This document shows positions 1 through 12,206 of a stretch of 64,000 bases of DNA, piece by piece. Position 1 is the stretch's first letter. Every line of letters begins with the position of its first letter. The notes below the pieces were generated by a model that was given only the letters and a program-made list of their open reading frames with translations, ran no database searches and was not told the origin of the DNA. The translations under genes and the position numbers were made by a program. Source of the stretch: the human T2T-CHM13v2.0 reference genome, Homo sapiens; the NCBI RefSeq assembly GCF_009914755.1, contig NC_060925.1. One strand, written 5' to 3'.

Positions 1-1094
1 TTTAATTGAGTGTAATTAGACGAGTAAGAACTTTCTGGAAAATTGCCATTTAATGCATATGCATAAGGCCAAGATATTCTTTACTAATTCTCAGTGAAGC
101 ATCTTTCTTAATCAAACTAAATTTGCTCCTCAGAGATTAATTTGTATACCTAGCGAAATTTTATTTCAATCAAATGGAGAGCCTTTCAATAAAATTAATT
201 GATTGATTTATTTTATTTGTAAGGTATATTTTAGCTCAGAATATATGTGGCTAATATTATTTCTTTGATTCTGTGAAATGATTTCATTTAAAAGTATTAC
301 AGGTAAGAGCCTACGACCTTCTGCCTCAGAATATACCTTAGGCATATAATAATGGACCAATAAATACAGCCTATTGTGTCTTAATGCCATATTTCCAATT
401 CATTGTAAACAATTCCTTTCCAAAGATTTGCTATGAGCAATTTAGTATTTTATCTTTCTCTATCACTAACTTAATCTCAGTTAGACTTCTTTCTCTAGCA
501 GAATGTCAACCAGTAGTTTAGCCCTTACATTTTGTTTTGCTTTGTTTTTTGTTTTGTTTTAATATTTCCTCTATAGTAGATTGCAATAATTTCTGACAGT
601 GAATGTTCCTGATTCTTATTCTTTTATTGGGTTTCCTTTAAAACCCAGGCTAAAATACTTATTATTTATCATATGATTGGATTTTTGCTGTACTGTTTGT
701 TACTTTACAAATGATGGTAGGTGATTAATTTTGATTTGTTTATATCTAAATTATTCTAGAAAAAGAAAGATTATGTATGACTGAAAACCTTAACATTTTT
801 ATGAAAAAATATTTTAATCAGATTTATTTTAAAATTTAATTTTGATTTTTATTTTGTTTTAATCAAATTTGCTTATTCATATTAATCAGATAGAATTATA
901 TAAACACACATAAAATTGTATGTTTGCAATGCATTTGAGTTCACAAATGCTTTGTAAGAAGTTGCTCATCCAAAAGATATTTATTGATAATATCCCATTT
1001 TTCAAACATGAATTCTGTCTTGAGTAAGCTTACAGTTCACTAAGAAAGATAAATTAGCATTGTTATTTTTCCATTTGGGTAACCACATATAGGT

Positions 1095-1435
1095 AGCTTA
1101 GGGTATGGAGTCAGACTGCCTGTGTTTATATTCCTGCCTTATTTGTTTCTAGATACACCACCTAAGGCAACTTTTAGTAGTTTAGTTATCTATAAAAGGG
1201 AGAATAATTATGGTACTTGCCTTATAGAGTTATTTGGGCAACAAAATATATTATTAATAATAATAGTCAAAGTAATAATGATAGAAAGCACTTATTTATT
1301 TCTCATTAAGTACTAGGCAGTGTTTTAAAGACTTTACTCAAAGTGAGAAATTAAGTAGATTGTTCCAACTCATGCAAATACTTCAAGATGCAGAGCAGAA
1401 GATTGAACCTCAAATTACCTACTTCCAAGGGCACT
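1095..1435. mobile_element. Two degenerate MIR SINE fragments in opposite orientations
   Basis: MIR core-like text 'ggagtcagactgcctgtgttt...tctataaaagggagaataat...cttatagagttattt' followed by an oppositely oriented 'gagaaattaagtagattg...agattgaacctca' segment; heavily diverged. Confidence 0.5.
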
Positions 1436-1448
1436 TGAACATCTCTCA

Positions 1449-1570
1449 TATTATATATATATAGATAGATAGATCTATTTTATATGTATCTACACATACA
1501 TGATAAATTTATTGTTATATAATTTTTGTTATTTGAGTATATACATATACATAATATATACATATATAAA
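1449..1570. repeat. (TA)n/(TAGA)n low-complexity tract
   Basis: tatatatatatagatagataga...atacatatacataatatata. Confidence 0.7.
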
Positions 1571-2142
1571 TTCTCTAAAGGGAATTGCTTTCGCTTTGAA
1601 TGATGATGATGTTAATGGTATTATAATGATATATAGTTAAAAATGACATTCTCAACTCTATTTTCTAACTTTATCAACTGCATAAGTAAATATATAGCAA
1701 AAGTACTTTCTGTTAAATTTTGCTTTTGTTGTTTTACCTTTTCCTTTCAGTTTTGAAACATTAACTACTAGAATGAATGCATACTGTAAGGCACCTACTC
1801 CTTATTTTTCAAATTAAAACTTTAATTGAATTTGGTCCTTGATTGACTATCGCTAAACATTTGTTCTGACTAGCAATATTATGTTTACAAGTCTAATAAA
1901 AAGAGCAAAATGTCACATAAAGATATTTGTTTTGTAAAATAGTAATTATTTTTCTGCCAAGTTATATTTTTCTATGTCACTGGGCAAATTGTAGGTGGCT
2001 TGGTATAATAGAAAGTGAATTTTTTATAAAATATTGTTATAAGGAACTTTTGAAACTTTATGATAATTTCAAAAAAAAAAAGACTGAAACAGTTTTTAAG
2101 CAACCCATATTTTTAGACTGTGTGTTGAGTAAGTTGGTTATA

Positions 2143-2444
2143 CAGTTGTTCCTTAGTACCTGTGGGGAACTGATTCCAGGACTCTGCTTGGGTTCCAAAA
2201 TTCAAGGATGCTCAAGTCCCCTATATAAAATGGTATATTATTTGCATATAACCTATTCATATTCACATACTTTAGATCATCTCTAGATTATTTATAAGAT
2301 AAAGTACAATGTAAATACCATGTAAATAGCTGTTATACTATATTTCTTTTGCATTCTATTTATTGTTCACTTGTTAATTTTATTATTATTCCTAATATTT
2401 TTGAACCATTGTTGATTGAATCCATGTATACAAAGGCCTGACTA
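2143..2444 (+). mobile_element. MER2 (Tigger/TcMar non-autonomous DNA transposon)
   Basis: Begins TA|cagttgttccttagtacctgtgggg; internal 'ggatgctcaagtccc...tataaaatgg...tttgcatataacct...atcatctctagatta' matches MER2 as remembered; ends ggcctgacta. Confidence 0.85.
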
Positions 2445-2451
2445 TTTAGAT

Positions 2452-2829
2452 ATATTAAGTTACATTTTGCCTAAAGCTGCCTCCATAAACAGGAAACTTT
2501 AACTTAATATGTAAACAAACAGCATCCTACCTTAAGTAACTACTTGTAACAAGTAGTTGAGTCTCAGCCAATCATAGGAGCCAAACTTGCAGCCAATCAC
2601 AGGCTGCAAACTGCTCAGACATGTCCAAATATAGCAAAAACCAGCTCTAACCAAAAAGACTGTTTCTGTCTGTCACTTTCTTTTTCTATCTGTAAATATG
2701 CTCTGTCCTCATTGCTGGGTAGAGCTCTCTGAACCATCACTAATCAAGGGTGCTGCCCAATTCATGAATCGTTCCTTTGCTGAAATAATCTTCACCAAAT
2801 TTAATTTGTCTAAAGTTTTCCTTGTAACA
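2452..2829 (+). mobile_element. MER57-family ERV1 solo LTR
   Basis: 'gcctaaagctgcctcc' near the start, two agccaatca boxes, terminus 'tttaatttgtctaaagttttccttgtaaca'. Confidence 0.75.
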
Positions 2830-5244
2830 TTTTGAATGAAAAGAAGGTGTATCTACATTCAACAAAAACCAGAGAGGTTGAGTTTTTAGAGCATTTCTTT
2901 TTTTCACTTCCTCCTCAGAAGACAATAAAAAAGGATAAGTGAACATTTCATACAAAAGCCATCATTTATTCCCTAAATTCAACACTACTGAAGTATAAAA
3001 CCTATTGCAATAGGCTTTGCCAAAGACATTCAGAAAGTCTAAAACCTTCTTTTTCTATAAAAGATATTATTACTTCTGTAACATCTTCAAAGAAACAAAA
3101 TGTTATTTATTTCTTCTCTTAGAGACCCTACACTTGTAGAATATATACTGGGCAAAAAAAGCAATAAGACAACGAGAGTCTCACTGCTGAAAGAGAGAGA
3201 AAAAAATAGCCAAAGATTACATATGAAAGAGACAGAGGGAAATACAGGAAGAATACATAGGTATTAAAAGTTTATACATCCATATATCTAATAGATATTC
3301 ATAGATATAGATAAGGTCATAATGTGATTAATTTTTTACTAAAATATGTGAATGTGTCCATCTATTTTATATAGCTCCATTCTGGAATGCAAATATTGTT
3401 TTAATTTTTACTCAATACTGAGGCATAAAATGCTATAAAATTTTTACAAAGTTGTTTTGAAGTTTTAAAAAGTATCAATAGCACTATTCAAATGTTTAAT
3501 GTGCATTAAATAGTACTTCTATGCAATCATTTTGTATTTCTAGTAGATTTAACATGTAGTATGCTTAGAGTTATGATTCTTCCAGACATACTATTTTCTT
3601 GAAGCAATTCCTTTGGTTTTAAAACATTGTTTTCCAATAATAAAAATGGAAAACTTTTTTTTTGTTTCCCAAAAGAAGTGACATTTTGAAATGAGGAATG
3701 AATATAAGCTTTAAATAAATTGCATATAATTTACAATTTCCAATCTGGCATTTAAATAGGGATACACAATTCAAAATATGTTCTCATTACATGGTTTAGG
3801 TTTCAAGTATAAGCCGTTGTTCATAATCTTGCATCTCCATTAAAATGTCTTGTTTCCATCCTAAATATTACAACAGATCCTTAAGATACAATGTAAAACA
3901 TATGTCGTTAATTAGCTAAGCAATAATGGTGCATTGTTTAGTCAAAATGAAGGTGTATTTCATTTTGGAAATGCTGAAATTCTCTCTTAAAATATTGCAG
4001 CATGTATTTTATAATGATTACTAAATATGCATTTCTCTGGTATAGATTTTTCTTTATAAAGATAATTTTATCAAATATTGTTAATATATGACATTTATAA
4101 ACTGTGGGCCACCAACTGCCTTGGATTGTTAATTAAAACTCTTCGTTACTCAAATGTGTTGTTCATATTCCATGTTCCTATGCTCTTAAAAATACTTATT
4201 TTTTACATATTTCTATGTTGGTTAAACAAAAAAAAAATTATTGAAAGGCCCATGGCACAAAAGATCATATGACTTAAAAGGTAGTCAGTGATTTATGACA
4301 CTGTTACCACCCATCATTGAGTAAATGAGGCTTGAAACTGACTAATGTTTCTCTTCAGTTTGTTGGAAACATTTATAACTTTCTCCAGGGATTTTTCATT
4401 GCTATATTGTAAAGTAGTGAAGAAAAAAAAATATTGAACTGTTACTTAGTTTTAATTACATTTGAGAAATACTTTTGACTTAATATTATTGAGAATACTT
4501 TTGATTTAGTGAACTTCTTTTGCATATTTTAGACAACATATGTATTGATAAAGGCAAACAGCATCAATAATAATATTCATTTTAAACCATCAACATTTCT
4601 TCAAATTATTAGTTTATTGTTTACTATTTTGCTATGCCTGTGTCAAATAATAAAAAATAAGTTAGATTCTCCAAATTTCTTTAGAAACAGTTCAAGCCTA
4701 CTGAAATAAAGACACGTAGATGACATTATAGTTTTAGCTGTTCCACAAAGTGGCAAATAGGATGGACATTAACTTTTAAAAGTTGTGTTACTTCTAAAGG
4801 AAAAAAAATGTATGTGAAATAACTGATATTTTTGCTATGATATTAAGAGATATCTCAATGCACATTCTCAACTTCTATTTTGTTTTGTTTAAGTATTATG
4901 CTAAAGAGCAGGACTTCATATTATCTTTTCCAAAACTGATCCTAAACTGTGGTCATGCCTCAATCTTAATGTTCAGTGCAATGGAAATTCATTTACATTA
5001 ATTTCTGAGGCAAATAATTTATTCTTTGCAAAACTTACAAAGGACAAAAATTCCAGTTCAAGGACTAAGGGTAAGAAGAAGTAAGGAAGATCAATTCTAA
5101 ATACAGCACCAATGCTTATCTCTCAGCTTCAGTCTTTTAGGAGTCTGAAATAAAATACAAATGATAATGCACAAAATTTACTTAAAATTGAGCAAGTCGT
5201 TGAGAATTCAAAGCACTATTATTCTGGAGAATATGTAGCAGAAC

Positions 5245-5720
5245 AGTGGTTATGACTGAAAAATCCCGACAGATTTTGATTTGAATCAACCTCTGTTACT
5301 TTAGGTATGTGATCATGAGTCAGTTACTGTTTCTGAGGCTGAGTTCAGTATCTAAATTAGGATTATAATAATAGCTATGTTTTTGTTTACCCTCCAGGAA
5401 AAATAAAATACAATATATAAAGGATTAGCACAGTGGCAGGCACAATTAAGTTATTAATAAACTAGTTATCTAAATGTATACTATAGTATATTGTTTAAGA
5501 GCTTGAGCTCTACTTTCAGGTAAAATTTATTTTTGATCTACGCTGTGTTACTGGCTAAGAGACCTTGGGAAAGTTTTTTGAGATTTTCTTATTTAACTTT
5601 CCTCATAACAGAAAAACAGATAAGTAATAGTACCTACATTAAAGATATGTTTGGATGCAATAATGTAAGTAATGCACTTCTATGCCTGACACATATTAAG
5701 TTCTTAACAAAATGTTACTT
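5245..5720 (+). mobile_element. Two tandem MIR fragments
   Basis: 'ttgaatcaacctctgttactt...gagtcagttact...ttagcacagtggcaggcaca' and 'gaccttgggaaagttt...ataagtaatagtacctacatt...tgcctgacacata'. Confidence 0.6.
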
Positions 5721-5892
5721 AAATTATTCCTGCTGCTGCTGTAAGCTATTGAAATGTATGTTTCTTATTTGAGGATACAATAAACTGTGTTAGAGCACAA
5801 AATATGTTTAACAGGTTTAGCTAAAAGTTGGAGTTGCCTACATCTGGAATACTACAGAAGAAAAAGAGGATATTCTGTGTTGGCTTATTCTT

Positions 5893-6203
5893 TTCTTTTT
5901 TTTCTTTTTTTTTTTTTTTTTTTTGACAGAATCTTGCTCTGTTGTCCAGGCTGGAGTGCAGAGGTGCAATCTCGGCTCACTGCAAGCTCTGCCTCCCGGG
6001 TTCATGCTATTCTCCTGCCTCAGCCTCCTGAGTAGCTGGGACTACAGGCTCCTGCCACCACGCCCGGCTAATTTTTTTGTATTTTTAGTAGAGGTCAGGT
6101 TTCACCATGTTAGCCAGGATGGTCTTGATCTTCTGACCTCGTGATCCGCCCACCTCGACCTCCCAAAGTGCTGGGATTACAGGCGTGAGCCATCGCGCCT
6201 GGC
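5893..6203 (-). mobile_element. Alu (AluY-like), full length
   Basis: Poly(T) head; Y-type 'gcaagctctgcctcccgggttcatgctattctc' and 'gttagccaggatggtc'; 'ttattctt' repeated on both flanks (TSD). Confidence 0.95.
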
Positions 6204-6993
6204 TTATTCTTATGCCTTCAGTGGGCCTTGATGACACTGGTGGTTTCAGCACCAGCACAACACAGAGATATCAAAACACCATGTCACCCCCACAAAAAAA
6301 AAAAAAATGCTAGAAATCATGTGGCCATCAAGGAAAACAGCTCAATGGTGCATGTTAATACCCTTTAAGAAATCTGCCAACTATCTACGGAGAAATGGTT
6401 GGAAGTCACGCAATAGTCACAACAGGCCAAATCAGAGAAACACTGTTTTGTGTTCATTTTAACCCTAGAATAGCCTAGTACACATGAATTAAATTGCTTT
6501 TCAAAATTATTATTTCTTCCACTCTCCTTTCCTTCCATAAATCTTATAGTCATTTCATATTTGTTTCTAAAACTAGTCCTCATTTCCTCCTCACGATTAT
6601 TCACATGAGATGTTCTATGTGGGAAGAGCTGAATGTGTTCCAGACCAAAACACTTCATCACCTTTAAGAACGCCAGCAGTGGTACCAACATTTCTGGTTT
6701 GCTGCCATGTGGCACAGATGTCTATAAAAGCACTAGCAACTCAGGGTGACGACATGCCACAGTCAGCTTTCCTCCTAAATAAACAATTCAAAGTGGGTGA
6801 ACAAATAGCATGCTCTTTTAAAAAATAGATTGTCTCCATTATTCCATCGTTTGCCTGAGAAAAGCATGAAAATGATGATATGAAAAACCAGCTCACAATC
6901 TGACTCAAAATGATTCAATTCCAGACCCAATACATAAGAATAATGGATTAAATGCATACCTCAACTTAAATCAAAGAAAATATTAAGTGCTAG

Positions 6994-7879
6994 TAAGAGG
7001 TGAAGCCGGCTGTACTTCCTGGGTTGACTGGGGACTTGGAGATCTTTTCTGTCTAGATAGAGGATTGTAAATGCACCAATCAGCACTCTGTGTCTAGCTA
7101 AAGGATTGTAAATGCACCAATCAGCACACTGTGTCTAGTTAAAGGATTGTAAACAAACCAATCAGCACTCTGTTATCAGCGCTCTCTGTCTCGCTAAAGG
7201 ACTGTAAACGCACCAATCAGCACTCTGTAAAAACACACCAATCAGCGCTCTGTGTCTAGCTAAAGGATTGTAAACATACCAATCAGCACTCTCAAAAAAC
7301 ACACCCATCGGTGCTCTCTGTCTAGCTAAAGGATTGTAAATGTACCAATCAGCAGTCTGTAAAATGGACCAATCAGCACTTTGTAAAATGGACCAATCAG
7401 CACTCTGTAAAATGGACCAATCAGCAGGACGTGGGTGGGGCCAAATAAGGGAATAAAAGCTGACCACCCCAGGCAACAGTGACAACTCGCTCAGGTCCCT
7501 TTCCATGCTGTGGAAGCTTTATTCTTTTGTTCTTCACAATAAATCTTGCTGCTGCTCACTCTTTGGGTTTGTGCTACCTTTATGAGCTGTAACACTCAGC
7601 GCGAGGGTCTGCAGCTTCATTCCTGAAGTCAGTGAGACCATGAACCCACTGGGAGGAACAAACAACTCCAGACGCACTACCTTTAAGAGCTGTAACACTC
7701 ACTGTGAGGGTGTGCGGCTTCACTCCTGAAGTCAGTGAGACCATGAACCCACTGGGAGGAACAAATAACTCTGGACACGCCACCTTTAAGAGCTGTGACA
7801 CTCACTGCGAGGGTATGCGGCTTCACTCCTGAAGTCAGCAAGACTACGAATCCACCAGAAGGAATAGATTCCAGACACA
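6994..7879 (+). mobile_element. LTR12-family (ERV9/HERV9) solo LTR
   Basis: Starts taagaggtgaagcc, ends ccagacaca; 4-bp TSD CTAG (6990-6993 / 7880-7883); CCAATCAGC enhancer repeats in U3; aataaa at ~7538; three ~80-bp U5 repeats. Confidence 0.95.
7076..7460 (+). promoter_or_regulatory. LTR12 U3 enhancer/promoter with ten CCAAT (NF-Y) boxes, GC/GT box and TATA-like gaataaaag
   Basis: Ten CCAATCAGC copies counted between 7076 and 7425, then gtgggtgggg and gaataaaag; activity not shown by sequence. Confidence 0.6.
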
Positions 7880-8809
7880 CTAGAAATAAAAGGAAATGCA
7901 AAATTAGAAGAATAAACAAAGGATGACTCTGAGGGATCCCAGTGATGCCTAAATCGCACATCAACTTTAATGGTTAGTCTGAAGATTTAACATTTGCTTC
8001 TGGAATTGGTTCAGACTATAGACTCTAGACATAAGCCTTGGGCAGCAGTGAGGACAGTTTTCATCTACCTGCATTGGTGAGAAAAAAAATACAAAAAATT
8101 AAGACCTTTTTTACTCATGTGTAGGATATACATTACTCCGGAAGGACGATGCAGAAACCCAAAGTCAAATTAAAATGTAGTTTGGAAACAATGAAAGACA
8201 TAGGACCCTGGGCAGGGCACTGACTAAATATACCTCATACGGACAATTTCACAACAAAGGGTACTGACGGAAAACAATGCTACTGCAAATGAACTTATAT
8301 GACATTTCATAAACCACAGTAGAAAATGAAGTAGACTTAAAAAAAGACTTTCAGAAAAGTATGCTTAAAATCACCTAGAAGTAAAAGAAAGAAATGAAAA
8401 GTATAAGATTAGCTGCACATAGAAAATATAGGGCAACTTAATACAGAATAAAAAAAGAAACTCTAGAAATGGAAAACACAATTAAATTTAGAATAATGGA
8501 ATTATATTTAAAAAGCAAAAAAGAACACAGTTGAAGGGTTTATTTAATATGATATAAAGCAGCTGAGAAGAATGTTGAGTAACTTAAATGTAGACCTGAG
8601 AAAATCATCTGGAATGCAATGAAGAGAAATAAAGAGATGCAAAATATGAAAGATAAAATGAACGTGGTATATATAATGAGAAGGGCTTCCATGTCAATAG
8701 GCATTTCAGAAGGAAAAAGTGAAGAAAATGGTAAAGAAGTAGAGTTTAAAGGGATGATAATAGAGGACTATTTCCTTTTCAAGAGTTAAAAAAAAATGCA
8801 TGAGTTCTC

Positions 8810-9165
8810 ACTCATGGACATAGAGGGTAGAAGAATGATTTCCAGAAGCTGGAAAGGGGAGTCGTTGGGGAGGGATGGGAGGAAGGTGGGGATGGTTAAT
8901 GGATACCAAAAAAAAAAAAAAAAAAAATAGAACGAATACTACCTACTATCTAATAGCACAATAGGGTGACTATAGTCAATAATAACTGTTTACTTTAAAA
9001 TAACATAAATAATGTAATTGGATTATTTTTAACTCAAAGGATGACTGCTTGAGGGGATGGATATCCTATTTTCCATGATGGGCTTATCTCACTTTGCATG
9101 CCTTATCAAAACATCTCATGTACCCCATAAATATATACACCTAGTACGTACTCACAAAAATTTTC
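8810..9165 (+). mobile_element. L1MA-type (approx. L1MA1-3) 3' end fragment
   Basis: 'ctcatggacatagag...atagcacaatagggtgactatagtcaataat...aaaacatctcatgtaccccataaatatatacacc'. Confidence 0.85.
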
Positions 9166-10069
9166 CAAATTTTTTTTAAATTTAAAAAAGAAATCTATGA
9201 ATTATCAGACTGAAAAATTCTACCAAATCCTGACCATAATTGAAAATGTCAAAAATATTCTACTTCTTAAAATATAAAGGTGAAATTGCAAGACCTCAAA
9301 AACTTTGAAAATCTACCAAAAGATAAAAAAGATTTCTTATAGAAAAACAATAATTAGAATTATAGCATAGATCTCATTTGGAAAACAAAAATCAGAATAT
9401 GGTAGATAACTTTAACATACTGAGGTGAAGGAAATGTCCATTTTAAATGAATGATCACAGACCATCCCTTAGAAAATTACTGAAGAATTTATTTGAGAAA
9501 TAGTTGAATTCAAAAGAAAGTAGTTTTATGCAACAAGTAGTAGTAAACAAGGAAATTATTAAAATACAGGTATGTTTAAATAAAAAGTAACTGAAAATTT
9601 TGTAATAATGATGAATGGGGTGCTTAAAAACAAAGTGAAACTAAATTTAGATTACAGGAAAAATTAGATGGGGGAGGAGGGAGATTTAAAGTGACTAATA
9701 TCCTAATATTATTCAAAAAGAAGTTAAAAGATATTTTGTTAAGCATATATATTAAAATTTAAGAGTAACCACTAAAAGATTAGAAATAAAATTCAAATCT
9801 TTTAAAGTTCAATAGAGCAGAACGGAGAAAATTAAAACTAGGTGAGTCCAAGAACAGCAGCAAAATAATCAGGAGGATCAAATATCTCGTTTATCATCAT
9901 AAACTAAAATTAATGTAACCATTCTAATATGCATTGGAAATATCTAATAATGTTTAAAATGTGCATAGTTAATGACTCAATACAGTAATTCTCTATATGT
10001 ATTACAGAAACCTTTGGTTTGAATACTAACAGACATAAAGATATTTATTCCTACATTGTTTGTTATATA

Positions 10070-10350
10070 TATTTTTGTTTGTATTTTTATTTTTTTGAGT
10101 TGGAGTCTCATTCTGTCACCTGGGCTGGAGTGCAGTGACATGATCTCTGCTCACTGCAACCTCCGCCTCCCAGGTTCAAGCAATTCCCCTGCCTCAGCAC
10201 CACCACTCCCTACTAATTTTTTGTATTTTTAGTAGAGATGGAGTTTTGTCATGTTGGCTAGCCTGGTCTCAAACTCCTGACCTCAAGTGATCTGCCCGCC
10301 CCGGCCTCCCGAAGTACTGGGATTACAGGCGTGAGGCACCACACCTGGCC
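10070..10350 (-). mobile_element. Alu (AluS-like) with ~30-bp internal deletion
   Basis: 'cctgcctcagc|accaccac' skips the 'ctcccgagtagctgggattacaggc' block; TSD attgttt[g/c]ttata. Confidence 0.92.
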
Positions 10351-10485
10351 ATTGTTTCTTATAGAAAGAAATGGAAACAACATAAATATTTGTCAGGACA
10401 GAAATAGCAATTAAAATGAACAAATTTAATCTGTGAATATAAACCTATATTGTATCTGAAAATATAAGGTTGAGTTAGCCATAGT

Positions 10486-11660
10486 GTATTGGTTTTCTAT
10501 GCTGTCATAAAACTTAAGGTAAACTTAGGTGGTAAATGAGATAAATGTATTGTGTTATAGTTCTTTGGGTCAGGATTTGACATAGATCCCATCAGGCTAA
10601 GATTAACATGGTGTTAAGGTGTCTTCCTTTCTTTAGGTTCTAGAGGAGAATCTCCTTCTTGCTCACTTAGGCACTGAAAAACTTCAGCTCCATGTAGTCA
10701 TAGGTCTGAGTTGTCTAATTCCTTGCTGCCTACAGCCTGGGGGCTCTCGTGGGTGTTTAGTGGTCTCTATCTGGTCTTCGCACATAGTGTCCACATTGCA
10801 GAACCAGCAAAACACTGCCGAATCCTTCTCACATTACTACATCAATCTTATTCTTTTGCCTTCTATCACTGCATCTCTCAGACTGCAGCCAGTAACATCC
10901 TCTAAATGTAAGGACTCATATGATTAGATTGTGACCACCAAAATGAGCCTGCATAATATCCCCATTTTAAAGTCTATAACCTTCATCACCACTGCAAAAT
11001 CCCTTTGGTGCTACATAGTAACATATCCATAGGTTCCAATAAATAGGACATGGACATCTTTGGGGGCCATTATTCTGTCTACCCAAGTTCAACCTCTGGC
11101 CCCCAAAGATTCATGTCCATCCCAAATATAATTACCCCATTCCAAGTTTCCCCACATGTCAACCCATTATAGCATCGATGAAAACTCCAACAATCTCAAT
11201 GAAATTTTGTCACCTAAAATCCTGAAATCTCATCATCTAAGTTAAGTATGGGTGAGTTGCAGTATAATCTATCATTAGGCACAATTTCTTTCCACGTGTG
11301 GGCCTGTGAAACTGCAGAAACATATCAAACAATTTAGAAATTGCCTGAGCCACACAAATTCCATTAAGAATAATCCTCTGCAGCTTATATGTCTGCCCTC
11401 TGGTTTTAAGGATCTGCCTTCAGAATCACCCTTTTTTCATAAAAAGGTAGCAGGTCTTTGCAGCTGAGTAGTTTTATCAACCCGTTCCTTGCTGTAAGAA
11501 TTTTGGGAATTTAATTCCCTTGATTTATTTGATATTTCTTTGTTTCTTTCATTCCAAGTTGGCCGTGTTCCTGCTGATATAAAATTTTCAAGAACCCTGT
11601 AGCTCTCCCATGTATGTCACAAAGGTTCATTCCATTAGATGCGAGACTTATTCATAGATC
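10486..11660 (-). mobile_element. MLT1 (MLT1E-like) MaLR 3' LTR plus adjacent internal sequence
   Basis: LTR ~10486-11085 (tgtattggttttctatgctg...gggggccattattctgtctaccca) followed by reverse PPT-side internal 'cctctggcccccaaagattcatgtcc'. Confidence 0.75.
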
Positions 11661-11911
11661 TGCCTTAGATAATCTAGTATAATAGCATCTGTGAAAAAGT
11701 TAATATACCCATTAATGTTGTTAATAATGTTATATTATTCCTGGATAATAGATATGCAGTGAAATAAAAACATTGGCCAGAAGTATACACATTGAATTTA
11801 TAATAGAATTATATTTGTGGTAAATGTTTGGATGGGAAATAAAAAAAGGGATGGTATTTTTTTTAAAGGTCTTTACTTTTATCTGAGTCTTTTAAAAAAT
11901 TTACTATTCAG

Positions 11912-12206
<295 letters not shown>

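Noticed and set aside
6219-6307. TGATGA box, weak inverted repeat and A-run suggesting a snoRNA retrocopy
   Set aside because: No D box, no TSD and no recognised RNA
208-6957. Short ORFs of 60-119 aa in the AT-rich left end
   Set aside because: No recognisable domain, many non-ATG starts, several overlap MER2/MER57/MIR/Alu; no convincing exon structure
7050-7879. Regular short repeats resembling a CRISPR array
   Set aside because: They are LTR12 U3/U5 tandem units with no unique spacers and no cas genes, in eukaryotic DNA
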